In this document: positions 9,350 to 17,410 of the stretch, in pieces
Layout: each line of letters begins with the position of its first letter
How positions within the stretch are numbered: position 1 is the first letter of the stretch
Origin: a bacterium
GTDB taxonomy: Bacteria; Bacteroidota; Ignavibacteria; UBA10030
Direction: 5' to 3'
Assembly: GCA_043803945.1 (NCBI GenBank)
Contig: JAZDJN010000042.1
Coordinates: 1-64,000, forward strand
Length of the DNA: 64,000 bases
Notes under the pieces: model-generated
Seen by the model: the letters and a program-made list of their open reading frames with translations, nothing else
Database searches by the model: none
What the model was told of the DNA's origin: nothing
Translations under genes and position numbers: made by a program

Positions 9350-10387
9350 TTATTCTATGGTTATAATGGCCTTCATAACACCATCTTTGTAATTTGCTGC
9401 TAGATCAAAGGCTTTTTGTGTCTCTTCCAGCGGGAAGTGATGCGTTGCCATGGAATCCATTGTTATCTGACCCCGATCCAGAAGATCAATTGCCTTTTGT
9501 GTACAGTGAACCTGCCTGCGAATGTTAATAATAGTAAGCTCCCTCCGTCTTAGTTCATGGATGGGAAAGGATATTGCATCTGTTTCAGTAATTCCGATAA
9601 TCACGAGTGTACCACCCGGTTTCAATAATTGTATTGCCTGGCCTATTGCTTCCGGATTTCCGCTGCATTCATAAACTACATCCAGCAGCAGCGGTTCAAT
9701 CTTCGATATTTCTTTTACAATATCCATCCGATCCGGATTTCCGAACCATTTGGGATTCAACATTATTGAAAATGCCAGGCGGTCATCAATTCTATCAGTG
9801 ACATAGACATTGCCGACATTTTTGGTGCGCAGCACATGGAATACAGACATGCCGATTGGGCCAACACCAAGAATGGCTACAGTAGCGTTAGCAGGAATCA
9901 TGGATCTTTCAACAGAATAGATACCGATGGCCAGCGGTTCAGATAAGGTTGCTTGCTCAAACGTCATACTCTCATTAATCGGGAAACAACATTTCTCATG
10001 AAGCACTATATATTCACTCAGGCAGCCGTCCAATTGTTTTGGATTTCCCAGAAAGCGGAGTTCACGGCATGTATTTTCCCTGCCGGCTTTGCACTGATCG
10101 CAGCGGCCGCACGATAAAGCCGGTTCTATGGCAATCCTCTGGCCAGGTTTTACTTTCGTTACTGTACTCCCTGTCCGCTCTACGGTGCCAGATCCCTCAT
10201 GCCCAATGATAAAAGGAAATTTGACAATCTGAGAACCGATTCTTCCGGATGCATAATAATGAACATCCGAACCGCAAACACCGACTGTTTTCATCCTGAT
10301 GAGTACATCGGTATCATTGAGTATCTTCGGATCCGGCACCTGCCTGATTTCGAACTGCTTTACTCCGGTAAGAAAAGCTGCTTTCAT
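9350..10387 (-). CDS. Zn-dependent polyol dehydrogenase (sorbitol/xylitol dehydrogenase family, MDR)
   Basis: GVCGSDVH, GHE, structural Zn site CGRCDQC...C, EPLA, GVGPIG Rossmann motif. Confidence 0.9.
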   Translation of the reverse strand: MKAAFLTGVKQFEIRQVPDPKILNDTDVLIRMKTVGVCGSDVHYYASGRIGSQIVKFPFIIGHEGSGTVERTGSTVTKVKPGQRIAIEPALSCGRCDQCKAGRENTCRELRFLGNPKQLDGCLSEYIVLHEKCCFPINESMTFEQATLSEPLAIGIYSVERSMIPANATVAILGVGPIGMSVFHVLRTKNVGNVYVTDRIDDRLAFSIMLNPKWFGNPDRMDIVKEISKIEPLLLDVVYECSGNPEAIGQAIQLLKPGGTLVIIGITETDAISFPIHELRRRELTIINIRRQVHCTQKAIDLLDRGQITMDSMATHHFPLEETQKAFDLAANYKDGVMKAIITIE

Positions 10388-10417
10388 TACGCTGCCTCAA
10401 TATTTGTTTAAGCTATT

Positions 10418-10468
10418 ATGAAAATAATCATTGCATCGGATTCATTCAATGAAAACCTGAAAATATAA
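10418..10468 (+). pseudogene. 16-codon remnant resembling a glycerate kinase N-terminus
   Basis: ATG...TAA reads MKIIIASDSFNENLKI, close to the GlxK/GarK start MKIVIAPDSFKESL; too short to be certain. Confidence 0.35.
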
Positions 10469-10532
10469 ATTCTGCATATCAGATTACGTTTTCCATAATT
10501 GCGCACTGGCTTGAAGTAACGGTGTCCTTTCG

Positions 10533-11855
10533 CTATTCGAGAATATAGGAATTGAGGATATTCTCGAGCTTCTCTTGCCGGGCACTGTTCAACTGCGGTT
10601 TGTCATGCTGCAATACCCATTTCTCTACTTCCGTCAATCCGACTCGGCCTGCCAACATATCTGCACCAATCTCTCCCGAATAGCTGCTGTATCGCTCATC
10701 GATGAATTGATTAAATACCTTATCTTCGATTAATTTGTGAGCAATGGTGAGTCCGCGTGCAAATGTATCCATTCCCCCAATATGGGCATAGAAGAGATCC
10801 GTTGGATCGATTGAACTGCGCCTGACCTTTGCGTCGAAGTTCAGTCCGCCGCTCCCAAGTCCGTTTTGATTGAGAATGATCATCATTGCCAGCGTTGTGG
10901 AATAGAGGTCGGTTGGAAATTGATCGGTGTCCCAGCCAAGCAGGAGATCTCCCCTATTGGCATCGACACTCCCTAATTTACCCGCAGTCGATGCAACTAC
11001 CAGCTCGTGTTCAAAAGTATGACCAGCAAGTGTTGCATGATTCGCTTCAATATTTAGTTTGAAATGATCCAGCAGATCATATTCCTTAAGGAAATAGAGC
11101 GTCGTTGCGGCATTGGAATCATACTGATGCTTCATTGGTTCAGCGGGTTTCGGCTCGATGAGAAATTGTCCGGTAAAGCCGATTTTATTCTTGTACTCAA
11201 CAGCCATCTGGAGAAAGCGAGCCATTTGTTTCTGCTCTCTTTTGATGTCGGTGTTCAGCAGTGACTCATATCCTTCACGACCGCCCCAGAAGACATAATT
11301 CTCTCCGCCAAGTGCATGGGTAGCTTCAAGAGCATGCTTCACTTGTGCGGCGGCTGTTGCCATCACATGGGCGTTGGGGCTCGTCGCAGCACCCTGTGCA
11401 TAGATGGGACTGCTGAACAAATTTGCTGTTCCCCACAGAAGCTTAACACCGGTTTCCTTCTGAAGGCTCCTGGCGTATTCAACCATCACCTCAAGATTTT
11501 TGCATGACACAGTGAAAGTCTCTCCCTCCGGCGAAATATCCCGATCATGGAAGCAGTAGTAGTCGATCCCAAGCTTTTGAAAGAATTCAAATGCAGCGTC
11601 CATCGTCTCTCTTGCCCGATCAAGCGGAGCGGCTGCCTTGAGCCACTCGCGTTGAAAACTTGAACCACCAAACATATCGGATCCGGTTCCCATGAACGAA
11701 TGCCAATAGGCAACCGAAAACCGGAGATGCTCTCCCATGGTTCTATTACCTACAATCTGGCTCTTCTCATAATGCTTGAAGGCGAGAGGATTCTTCGATT
11801 GTTTTCCTTCAAATGGAATTCTATTAGATACATTGGGGAAATATTTATTGATCAT
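10533..11855 (-). CDS. xylA: Xylose isomerase (class II)
   Basis: RFSVAYWH, FHDRD, VFWGGREGY, IEPKP.EP..HQYD, NIEANHA, GWDTDQF and GGLNFDAK motifs; 440 aa. Confidence 0.97.
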   Translation of the reverse strand: MINKYFPNVSNRIPFEGKQSKNPLAFKHYEKSQIVGNRTMGEHLRFSVAYWHSFMGTGSDMFGGSSFQREWLKAAAPLDRARETMDAAFEFFQKLGIDYYCFHDRDISPEGETFTVSCKNLEVMVEYARSLQKETGVKLLWGTANLFSSPIYAQGAATSPNAHVMATAAAQVKHALEATHALGGENYVFWGGREGYESLLNTDIKREQKQMARFLQMAVEYKNKIGFTGQFLIEPKPAEPMKHQYDSNAATTLYFLKEYDLLDHFKLNIEANHATLAGHTFEHELVVASTAGKLGSVDANRGDLLLGWDTDQFPTDLYSTTLAMMIILNQNGLGSGGLNFDAKVRRSSIDPTDLFYAHIGGMDTFARGLTIAHKLIEDKVFNQFIDERYSSYSGEIGADMLAGRVGLTEVEKWVLQHDKPQLNSARQEKLENILNSYILE

Positions 11856-11964
11856 GGCAATGCCCGATATTGTTTTGGTGATGAATGAGTCTTAAGGTGC
11901 CCGTGCCGCCAAGTGCTGTAAAGGTAAATGGCAGCATTCTACCCTGTATCAGTTCAAATATCAT

Positions 11965-11977
11965 TGAACCGATTTAA
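11965..11977. promoter_or_regulatory. Candidate LacI-type operator upstream of xylA
   Basis: TGAACCGATTTAA, about 110 bp upstream of the xylA start; similar to 3585-3597. Confidence 0.3.
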
Positions 11978-12386
11978 TATTATCAATATTTACATATCTT
12001 GTCAACAAAAAGTTTGCGCTTATAAAGCTTTTAGGGATCCGGACAGCGAAAGTATTCTCTGGATAAATGGCTATACTGTGCTGACCTCAAAAGCTCTTCT
12101 TCCATTCCATCCATTCCGTGCTGAAGAGATATTTTTTTTTCTGTACCGTTCATCAGAAGAGAATTTGTCGTTCCGTTTTTCCGCCGAAGCGAAGTTTACT
12201 GGGGCGGACCTGTCCCGCTGCTTTGCGGCTGGGTTCCAGGGACTACATTGACGATATTTCCGGAATTGATATCTCTTGTGATGTTCCAGTTGCGGTAAAG
12301 TTCGAAGAGGCAGTAGAGGATCGGAAGCCCAACGGCGAGACCGAGAATAAACCAAACGGAAAATGGAATCGGTTTGGCTGGAAATT

Positions 12387-13241
12387 CTACTTATCAAAGG
12401 TGAAGTCAAGTGAGTGCTTGCCTTCAATGTTCTCTTTCGGTTCAAATGTGAAGACCTCTGTTGTCTTTCGATCTTCATGGATACGACGAATTGTCACCCG
12501 CGGCTTAAATGGTGTATCCTTTTCTGTCTGGGTCACAACGATGACAATGTTGTTCTTGCCTTTGCGGAGCCCGCCCTTGAGTAACCCGGAGTGACTCTCG
12601 CTTTTGCCGGTTTCCTGTTCGATCCCGTTTACAGTTACCTGGATCTTGTAGCCAGTACTAGAGACATCAAGAAATGCGGAGAAATCAGGAATAGCGATAG
12701 GCTTTGGAGCGCTTCGAACTTGTCCATCAATCTCATAAGTTGGAGGAAGGTCCGAGGGGTTGAACTCCGATTGCTTTCCATTCTCGTTGAACTTGGGACT
12801 TCCAATATCCATTCTCGCATCGACTTTCCATACCGATTCTTCCTTCACAAATTTTATAAAGATGAAATTCACCCGTGGTTTGCCGGTCTCATCCTTTTCT
12901 TCCGAATCCTCCACGTATACAAGTCCGGCAGTGGGCCCTTTTTCCATCATGGTGACAAACTTTGCGGTCGAGATGTCGGAGACATCTTCCGCAATGCTCT
13001 CGATAATGTCGGGAGTAAGAACGCTCCTGGCGCTAGCCAGATTATTTCTCAACGTACCGAGTCGAAACGAAGACATTGTTTTTTCCAGCTCAGATTCCTT
13101 TCCCGACTTGCTCGCCTTCAAATAGGCTCTCCATGTATTCTCCAGTGTGTTGCGCAGAGACTCTTGTGCGGCGTTGCCACCAGAGAAAACTGTTAGCAAG
13201 ATGAACAGCGATGAAATAGTGACCGTTGTTCGATTTATCAT
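12387..13241 (-). CDS. Secreted hypothetical protein (gene-cassette ORF; possible NTF2/DUF4878-like N-domain)
   Basis: 284 aa, signal peptide ending GNAA-Q, strong RBS GGAGG, FVKEESVWKV motif; preceded by a TCCGTTAG core site. Confidence 0.8.
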   Translation of the reverse strand: MINRTTVTISSLFILLTVFSGGNAAQESLRNTLENTWRAYLKASKSGKESELEKTMSSFRLGTLRNNLASARSVLTPDIIESIAEDVSDISTAKFVTMMEKGPTAGLVYVEDSEEKDETGKPRVNFIFIKFVKEESVWKVDARMDIGSPKFNENGKQSEFNPSDLPPTYEIDGQVRSAPKPIAIPDFSAFLDVSSTGYKIQVTVNGIEQETGKSESHSGLLKGGLRKGKNNIVIVVTQTEKDTPFKPRVTIRRIHEDRKTTEVFTFEPKENIEGKHSLDFTFDK

Positions 13242-13258
13242 GTCTTAATATCCTCCAT

Positions 13259-13426
13259 TTCTAACGGACTGGAACTAACCTAAGTGCAAACGTTCCAGCG
13301 CGATGCGACCGTTTTTTTAATTTGCTGATTTCTATTTGTATCGTAGGTTGTGTGTTCATTTTTCGACACTCGCAAATTAGGAGCGCGAGCGGTTGCAGCG
13401 TCAGGATGAGCAAATTATCAGGTGGC
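13259..13426 (-). repeat. attC-like site 1
   Basis: Minus strand: degenerate R'' GCCACCTGAT (13417-13426), arms CCTGACGCTGCAACCGCTC and GAACGTTTGCACTTAGG pairing imperfectly around an AT-rich loop, R' GTTAGAA (13259-13265). Confidence 0.7.
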
Positions 13427-13515
13427 AATAACATCATTTCCTTTGTCCACATTTTTCAACTCACCATATCCCTCATTTTACGAATCTCTGACCAGCACTT
13501 TACGCGATCGACAGA

Positions 13516-14118
13516 TCAAAACTGCAAAGTCGATGGTGGTTCATCCGCTTCGTCGATCGCAGGAATTCTTCGCATCCACACTAGCTGTCGGGCAGCAGAC
13601 GATACTCCCGCGACGGCAACACCTACAATAAAAAGAGACGCTGAGCATACCGCAAGGAGGATGAGAAAAATAGCAAGAGCCATATAGCGACCCATTTGAA
13701 TGACATAACCCGTGCGCTGATGCAGATACAGCTTACCATGAAGGCCATGCCGCCCGGCTCTATACCCGAGGAGATTCCCAAAATGGGTCGTATCCACAAT
13801 CAGGTACAGACCCCATATGTAGCCAATCAGTACCACGCGAAAATTCTGCGGAATCCATACCAGCGAAAACGCCACAATTACACTCAGAATCACCGCAGGA
13901 ATGAGGTGTCTTGGTTCAGCAATTCGCTTTGCCGTAACCACTTTTTGATACAGTGGATTTCCTTCAATGGTGTTAACCGGGTAACTTTCATAATGCTCAG
14001 CATAGTGGAGTTGACGCTCTCGTTCCTGGAGAATGGTAAGTAGCCAATCGCTCCACATCAAAAAGAAAGTGACAACACCTGTTACCCAGGGGCGATCTAC
14101 GAACCATTCAACCATCAT
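13516..14118 (-). CDS. Hypothetical integral membrane protein (gene-cassette ORF)
   Basis: 200 aa with about 5 hydrophobic segments, bracketed by attC-like sites. Confidence 0.8.
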   Translation of the reverse strand: MMVEWFVDRPWVTGVVTFFLMWSDWLLTILQERERQLHYAEHYESYPVNTIEGNPLYQKVVTAKRIAEPRHLIPAVILSVIVAFSLVWIPQNFRVVLIGYIWGLYLIVDTTHFGNLLGYRAGRHGLHGKLYLHQRTGYVIQMGRYMALAIFLILLAVCSASLFIVGVAVAGVSSAARQLVWMRRIPAIDEADEPPSTLQF

Positions 14119-14159
14119 GATACCTTATTAATAATGTGAACTTTGTTTTCTATTTTGCC

Positions 14160-14393
14160 GCCTAACGGATTGCGGTCTCGAAATGTTTTTATTCGAGACT
14201 GCGGCACCCTGCCTGCCCCGCTGCGTGTTTAAACGGGGTCAGCTATTCGCCCGCCGGAGTTTGCTTTTTAACGCAGGCGGGCTTGTTCCAATTCCACAGA
14301 CTTAACGCTTCTCAGATAAGTTGCGGTGGAACTGAGAATCCCGCTGCGGTTTTTGCGGGGAGCCGCGGATTATACCGCTTGCGCATGTTAATT
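14160..14393 (-). repeat. attC-like site 2 (long, multi-hairpin; possibly two sites around an ORF-less cassette)
   Basis: Minus strand: AATTAAC (14387-14393), GTTAAGT (14300-14306) and GTTAGGC (14160-14166); internal hairpins GTCTCGAA/TTCGAGAC, CCCCG/CGGGG, GCCCGCC/GGCGGGC and TTCTCAG/CTGAGAA. Confidence 0.65.
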
Positions 14394-14402
14394 TAAGCTC
14401 AG

Positions 14403-15104
14403 CTAATTTATCTGTTGTACCTTTACACCCTTAATTAAAAGCCACAAGATAATCGAACATTCCCCAAGAGCCGCAGGTGCCGATGCAAATTCGGAAATAA
14501 TATCATGGTAGTGTGGAATAAGCAAAAAGGTAAAACTATCAGCCAGATAGCTAAAGCATGAAATTATCAGCAAGATGCCCAGAATTCTGGGAAGAAATCC
14601 CGATTTAAATACGAGAAAACCGAATGGAAAAAGCCAAAGACCCCAAAATATTTCAACGATATTATTTCCATATCCATGCAAATTGAGAAATACCATCATA
14701 AGGGCATTCAGTTTATCCGGTTCAAATACTTTCAGGTATTCATCCCCACTTAAAACTAGTAATGCACCTAATTGATTAAGTGTATTAAGGAACGCTATGG
14801 GAACAGACACCACAACCAATGTCAACATAAGCGTAGCATGTATCTTATTAATCCCTTTGAGTAAGCGATAGAGAGCCAGGACTAAAAATATAAAACTGAT
14901 TTGGCAGATAAGATTGCTCACAATGCCTATGCGGAATAGCGACTCAGATGTCATAATATTATTGGCTGTTGCAGCGGCATTTCCGGCTACAATTATCTTG
15001 GAGGGAACATACATCAAACCGAAGGCACCGGTTATTCCCATCAACAGATACAGTAAGCCGGCAATTCTTGCGTTCTTTTGGGTTGAAGTCATATTTTCTT
15101 CCAT
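14403..15104 (-). CDS. DUF4386-family membrane protein (gene-cassette ORF)
   Basis: ARIAGLLYL start, A.TA.NI...E.LFR, FWGLWL.PFG.LVFKSGFLPRILG and GE...LWLLIKG motifs; visibly AT-rich. Confidence 0.85.
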   Translation of the reverse strand: MEENMTSTQKNARIAGLLYLLMGITGAFGLMYVPSKIIVAGNAAATANNIMTSESLFRIGIVSNLICQISFIFLVLALYRLLKGINKIHATLMLTLVVVSVPIAFLNTLNQLGALLVLSGDEYLKVFEPDKLNALMMVFLNLHGYGNNIVEIFWGLWLFPFGFLVFKSGFLPRILGILLIISCFSYLADSFTFLLIPHYHDIISEFASAPAALGECSIILWLLIKGVKVQQIN

Positions 15105-15113
15105 TTTGTTTGA

Positions 15114-15195
15114 TTAAAACTCTACCTATGCTCGCCATGAATTTTGCAGTGCGCCTGCTCGCCGTCTTTGTGGCGAGAGCACCTGGTTAGGTGCT
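15114..15195 (-). repeat. attC-like site 3 (perfect R'', degenerate R')
   Basis: Minus strand AGCACCTAAC (15186-15195), arm TGCTCTCGCC pairing with GGCGAGCA, ending in non-consensus GTTTTAA. Confidence 0.65.
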
Positions 15196-15221
15196 TTTTT
15201 TAGAATTCGTTTTCTCAATCT

Positions 15222-15911
15222 CTAACTTCCCGTCTTGATTGCGAGCACCGAGGGTGTTTGGCAGCCAACTATCGCGGGAGCCTCGTGGATGAGTTCGTCG
15301 TTCTCAATGGCGGCGACCATAAAGAGAGCAAAATCTACGCGGCGCGTGATGTTGCTCGCGAGGACAGGGTCGCCGACATGCCTGCTCCATACGGGAAGGC
15401 CTTGGCTCTCCCCTTCTTCGAGGTCGCTGCCGCGGACGACAGTCCACCGAGTGTTGCTCGAAAAGATCCGTCGGCATGCTTCCACCTGGTCGTCGATTTC
15501 CACAGCGCGGAGCATCCGCCCAATCCATCCGACAACCTTCACAACCAACTTGAAGACCCGCGAGTACACGTCCTGGCCGTCCCGCGTAATGTGCCAGCCA
15601 CAGGAGAATATGAGGCGCGCGCCCGGACGCGCATAGTCGAGTACCGCCTGCGCCGTTCCCGAAGAGTATTGATGAATCCCCCAAGGGGCCAGCACGGTAA
15701 GCACCCCGTCGCACCCTTCAACTGCGTTCTTGATCACCTCACGGTCGTTCGTTGCACCGGGAATGACGGTGATACGCCCCTTGAACCTGTCGAGTTTGCC
15801 TACGCTGCTTTCCCGACATACACCAACCACCTCGTAGTCCCGATCCAGCGAATGCTGCACCATGTATTGCCCGAGTTTTCCGGATGCACCAACAATACAA
15901 ACCTTTTTCAT
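15222..15911 (-). CDS. NAD(P)H-binding oxidoreductase (flavin reductase/BVR-B-like atypical SDR; gene-cassette ORF)
   Basis: VCIVGASGKLG Rossmann motif, WTVVR, ITRRVDFALFM; visibly GC-richer than its neighbours. Confidence 0.88.
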   Translation of the reverse strand: MKKVCIVGASGKLGQYMVQHSLDRDYEVVGVCRESSVGKLDRFKGRITVIPGATNDREVIKNAVEGCDGVLTVLAPWGIHQYSSGTAQAVLDYARPGARLIFSCGWHITRDGQDVYSRVFKLVVKVVGWIGRMLRAVEIDDQVEACRRIFSSNTRWTVVRGSDLEEGESQGLPVWSRHVGDPVLASNITRRVDFALFMVAAIENDELIHEAPAIVGCQTPSVLAIKTGS

Positions 15912-15949
15912 ATTCTTCCTTATTTACAGTAGCACCTAACGGACGGGTG

Positions 15950-16145
15950 CTAGAAACCTGGACGAAAAGTCCAACCACGAAGGACACTAAGGACTCGAAG
16001 ATTAAGAAAGAGAAAAGAGCTCTTAAAAATTTAATCAATTCAACAGCTTTTCCTTTGTGTCCTTGGTGAACTTTTCAGCCAGAGGCTGATGCGCCTTTGG
16101 TGCAGTGGTTTGATTATGTTCTTAACTTTTCGGCCAGGTTTCTAG
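15950..16145. mobile_element. MITE-like element with 21-bp terminal inverted repeats and nested palindromic repeats
   Basis: CTAGAAACCTGGACGAAAAGT (15950-15970) and ACTTTTCGGCCAGGTTTCTAG (16125-16145) are 20/21 complementary; no transposase inside. Confidence 0.8.
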
Positions 16146-16160
16146 GTTCAGTATCAACAG

Positions 16161-16937
16161 ATGATTGACCAAATTCCACACGCTACCCCGCGCACAATCC
16201 GAACGAAGAAAAAGTGGGGCCGGGGACTGATCTTTGTCCGGATCTTTATCCTTCCGCATACAATCGTCGGTATTGGTGCAATACTTTATGCATTGTTCAT
16301 CACCTCCATGATCCTCATCGGTTAGACAACCACCGGGACGATTACAAATCGTTCTACGAGCGATGATTCAGAAGACGGAACAACGTACCACGTGGAGTAC
16401 CACTATCTCTATAACGCAGAACGGTATATCGGTAGCGATCAAGTATCCTCATCGGAGTACGACGCTCTTGTAACCGGGACTCGCGTGGAGGTGAATGTCC
16501 ATCCACTGTTTCCACAATGGGGAGCATACCTCAATGTCGGCCGTCAGTCATGGTATCACCCGCTGATGGTGTGGGTCTTTACACTCTTTTGGAATGTTGT
16601 TCTGAGTGTCTTTGTCTGGTTTATCTATATCCATCCGTGGCAGATGCGCCGTGTTCTGATCTATGGCGGAGTTGCTGAAGGGACAATAATGAATAAAGAG
16701 ATTACCCTGGGAGATAATTCCGATACCTACATTTTGCATTATCGGTTTAAGCCCCCGCTTGTCGCTGCTTCCGACATCAGCCTCTCTGCATTTGGTTATA
16801 CTCAGGAATCAAAAATGAACGTTCAAAAAGATGAATATAAATTTATCGTCCCGGGTGACCATGTCACAGTATTGTTTATGCCGGACAATCCGAAGCGAAG
16901 TCTGATTTACAAATATGCCGAGTATGAGGTGGTTTAG
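16161..16937 (+). pseudogene. DUF3592-like membrane protein interrupted by an in-frame TAG
   Basis: ATG 16161 reads MIDQIP...FILPHTIVGIG...LIG, then TAG at 16323-16325, then continues in frame (TTTGTITNR...YHVEY) into ORF 16392-16937; two TM plus beta modules, ending GDHVTVLFMPDNPKRS. Confidence 0.75.
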
Positions 16938-17065
16938 GTGTGATGGACGAATAGCACGCATCATGAAGTTTCAGTAAGCAGTGGTTGTTTATCTTCTCTC
17001 TATTAGTAACAGACATTACGCAGGAAGAAGAATTTGTATGATTAAAGGGATTAATCTTGGTTTTA

Positions 17066-17316
17066 GGGGCCGTCCAAAAAGAAACGATCTGTCACACCGG
17101 AATGTGCCGCTTTACGGCATCTCCCGTTCTTTGGGATTCCGCAGATGCGGGATTCCTGAGAAACGGAACCGTACAGCGGAACTTCAATCCGGTGTCCAGT
17201 GCATTGATTTAACATTTTTCTGGATTCCCTGCCTGCCAAAGTTTCTTTAGCACGCAGGCAGGCGGCTAGAAGATTGCCGGAATGACAGTCCGTGAGTTCT
17301 CTTTTTGGTCAGCCCC
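17066..17316. mobile_element. MITE-like element with 17-bp terminal inverted repeats and nested REP-like palindromes
   Basis: GGGGCCGTCCAAAAAGA (17066-17082) and TCTTTTTGGTCAGCCCC (17300-17316) are 15/17 complementary; internal TGGATTCC...GGAATGAC and CCTGCCTGC...GCAGGCAGG hairpins. Confidence 0.7.
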
Positions 17317-17410
17317 GGAGTTTGCTAATATAAACCGAGATGGAAAACAAATTGTCCTTTGAGTGCACTATGCTGAGCAAATAAAATTCATCAACATAAA
17401 TGCAACGTTC

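Larger units (their letters stand above)
12377..15940 (-). mobile_element. Integron-like gene cassette array lacking an integrase in this window (CALIN-like)
   Basis: Four unrelated co-oriented ORFs; three have TCC-GTTAG shortly upstream of the start; complementary cassette ends; palindromic spacers. Confidence 0.75.

Noticed and set aside
11928-12594. ORFs 11928-12251(+), 12071-12478(-) and 12118-12594(+)
   Set aside because: No recognisable motifs; they overlap the xylA promoter region, hairpin repeats or the real cassette ORF
15235-15932. Several long alternative-frame ORFs over the oxidoreductase
   Set aside because: A by-product of high GC; only 15222-15911(-) has a coherent Rossmann fold
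16323-16325. Pyrrolysine or stop-codon reassignment at the amber codon
   Set aside because: TAG is used as a normal stop by several genes in the window and no pyl genes are visible
16321-16327. GTTAGAC on the plus strand matches GTTRRRY
   Set aside because: Opposite orientation to the array, no partner RYYYAAC or stem, and it lies inside a continuous reading frame
16981-17250. 89-aa ORF
   Set aside because: Runs through the MITE/REP palindromes and is not protein-like
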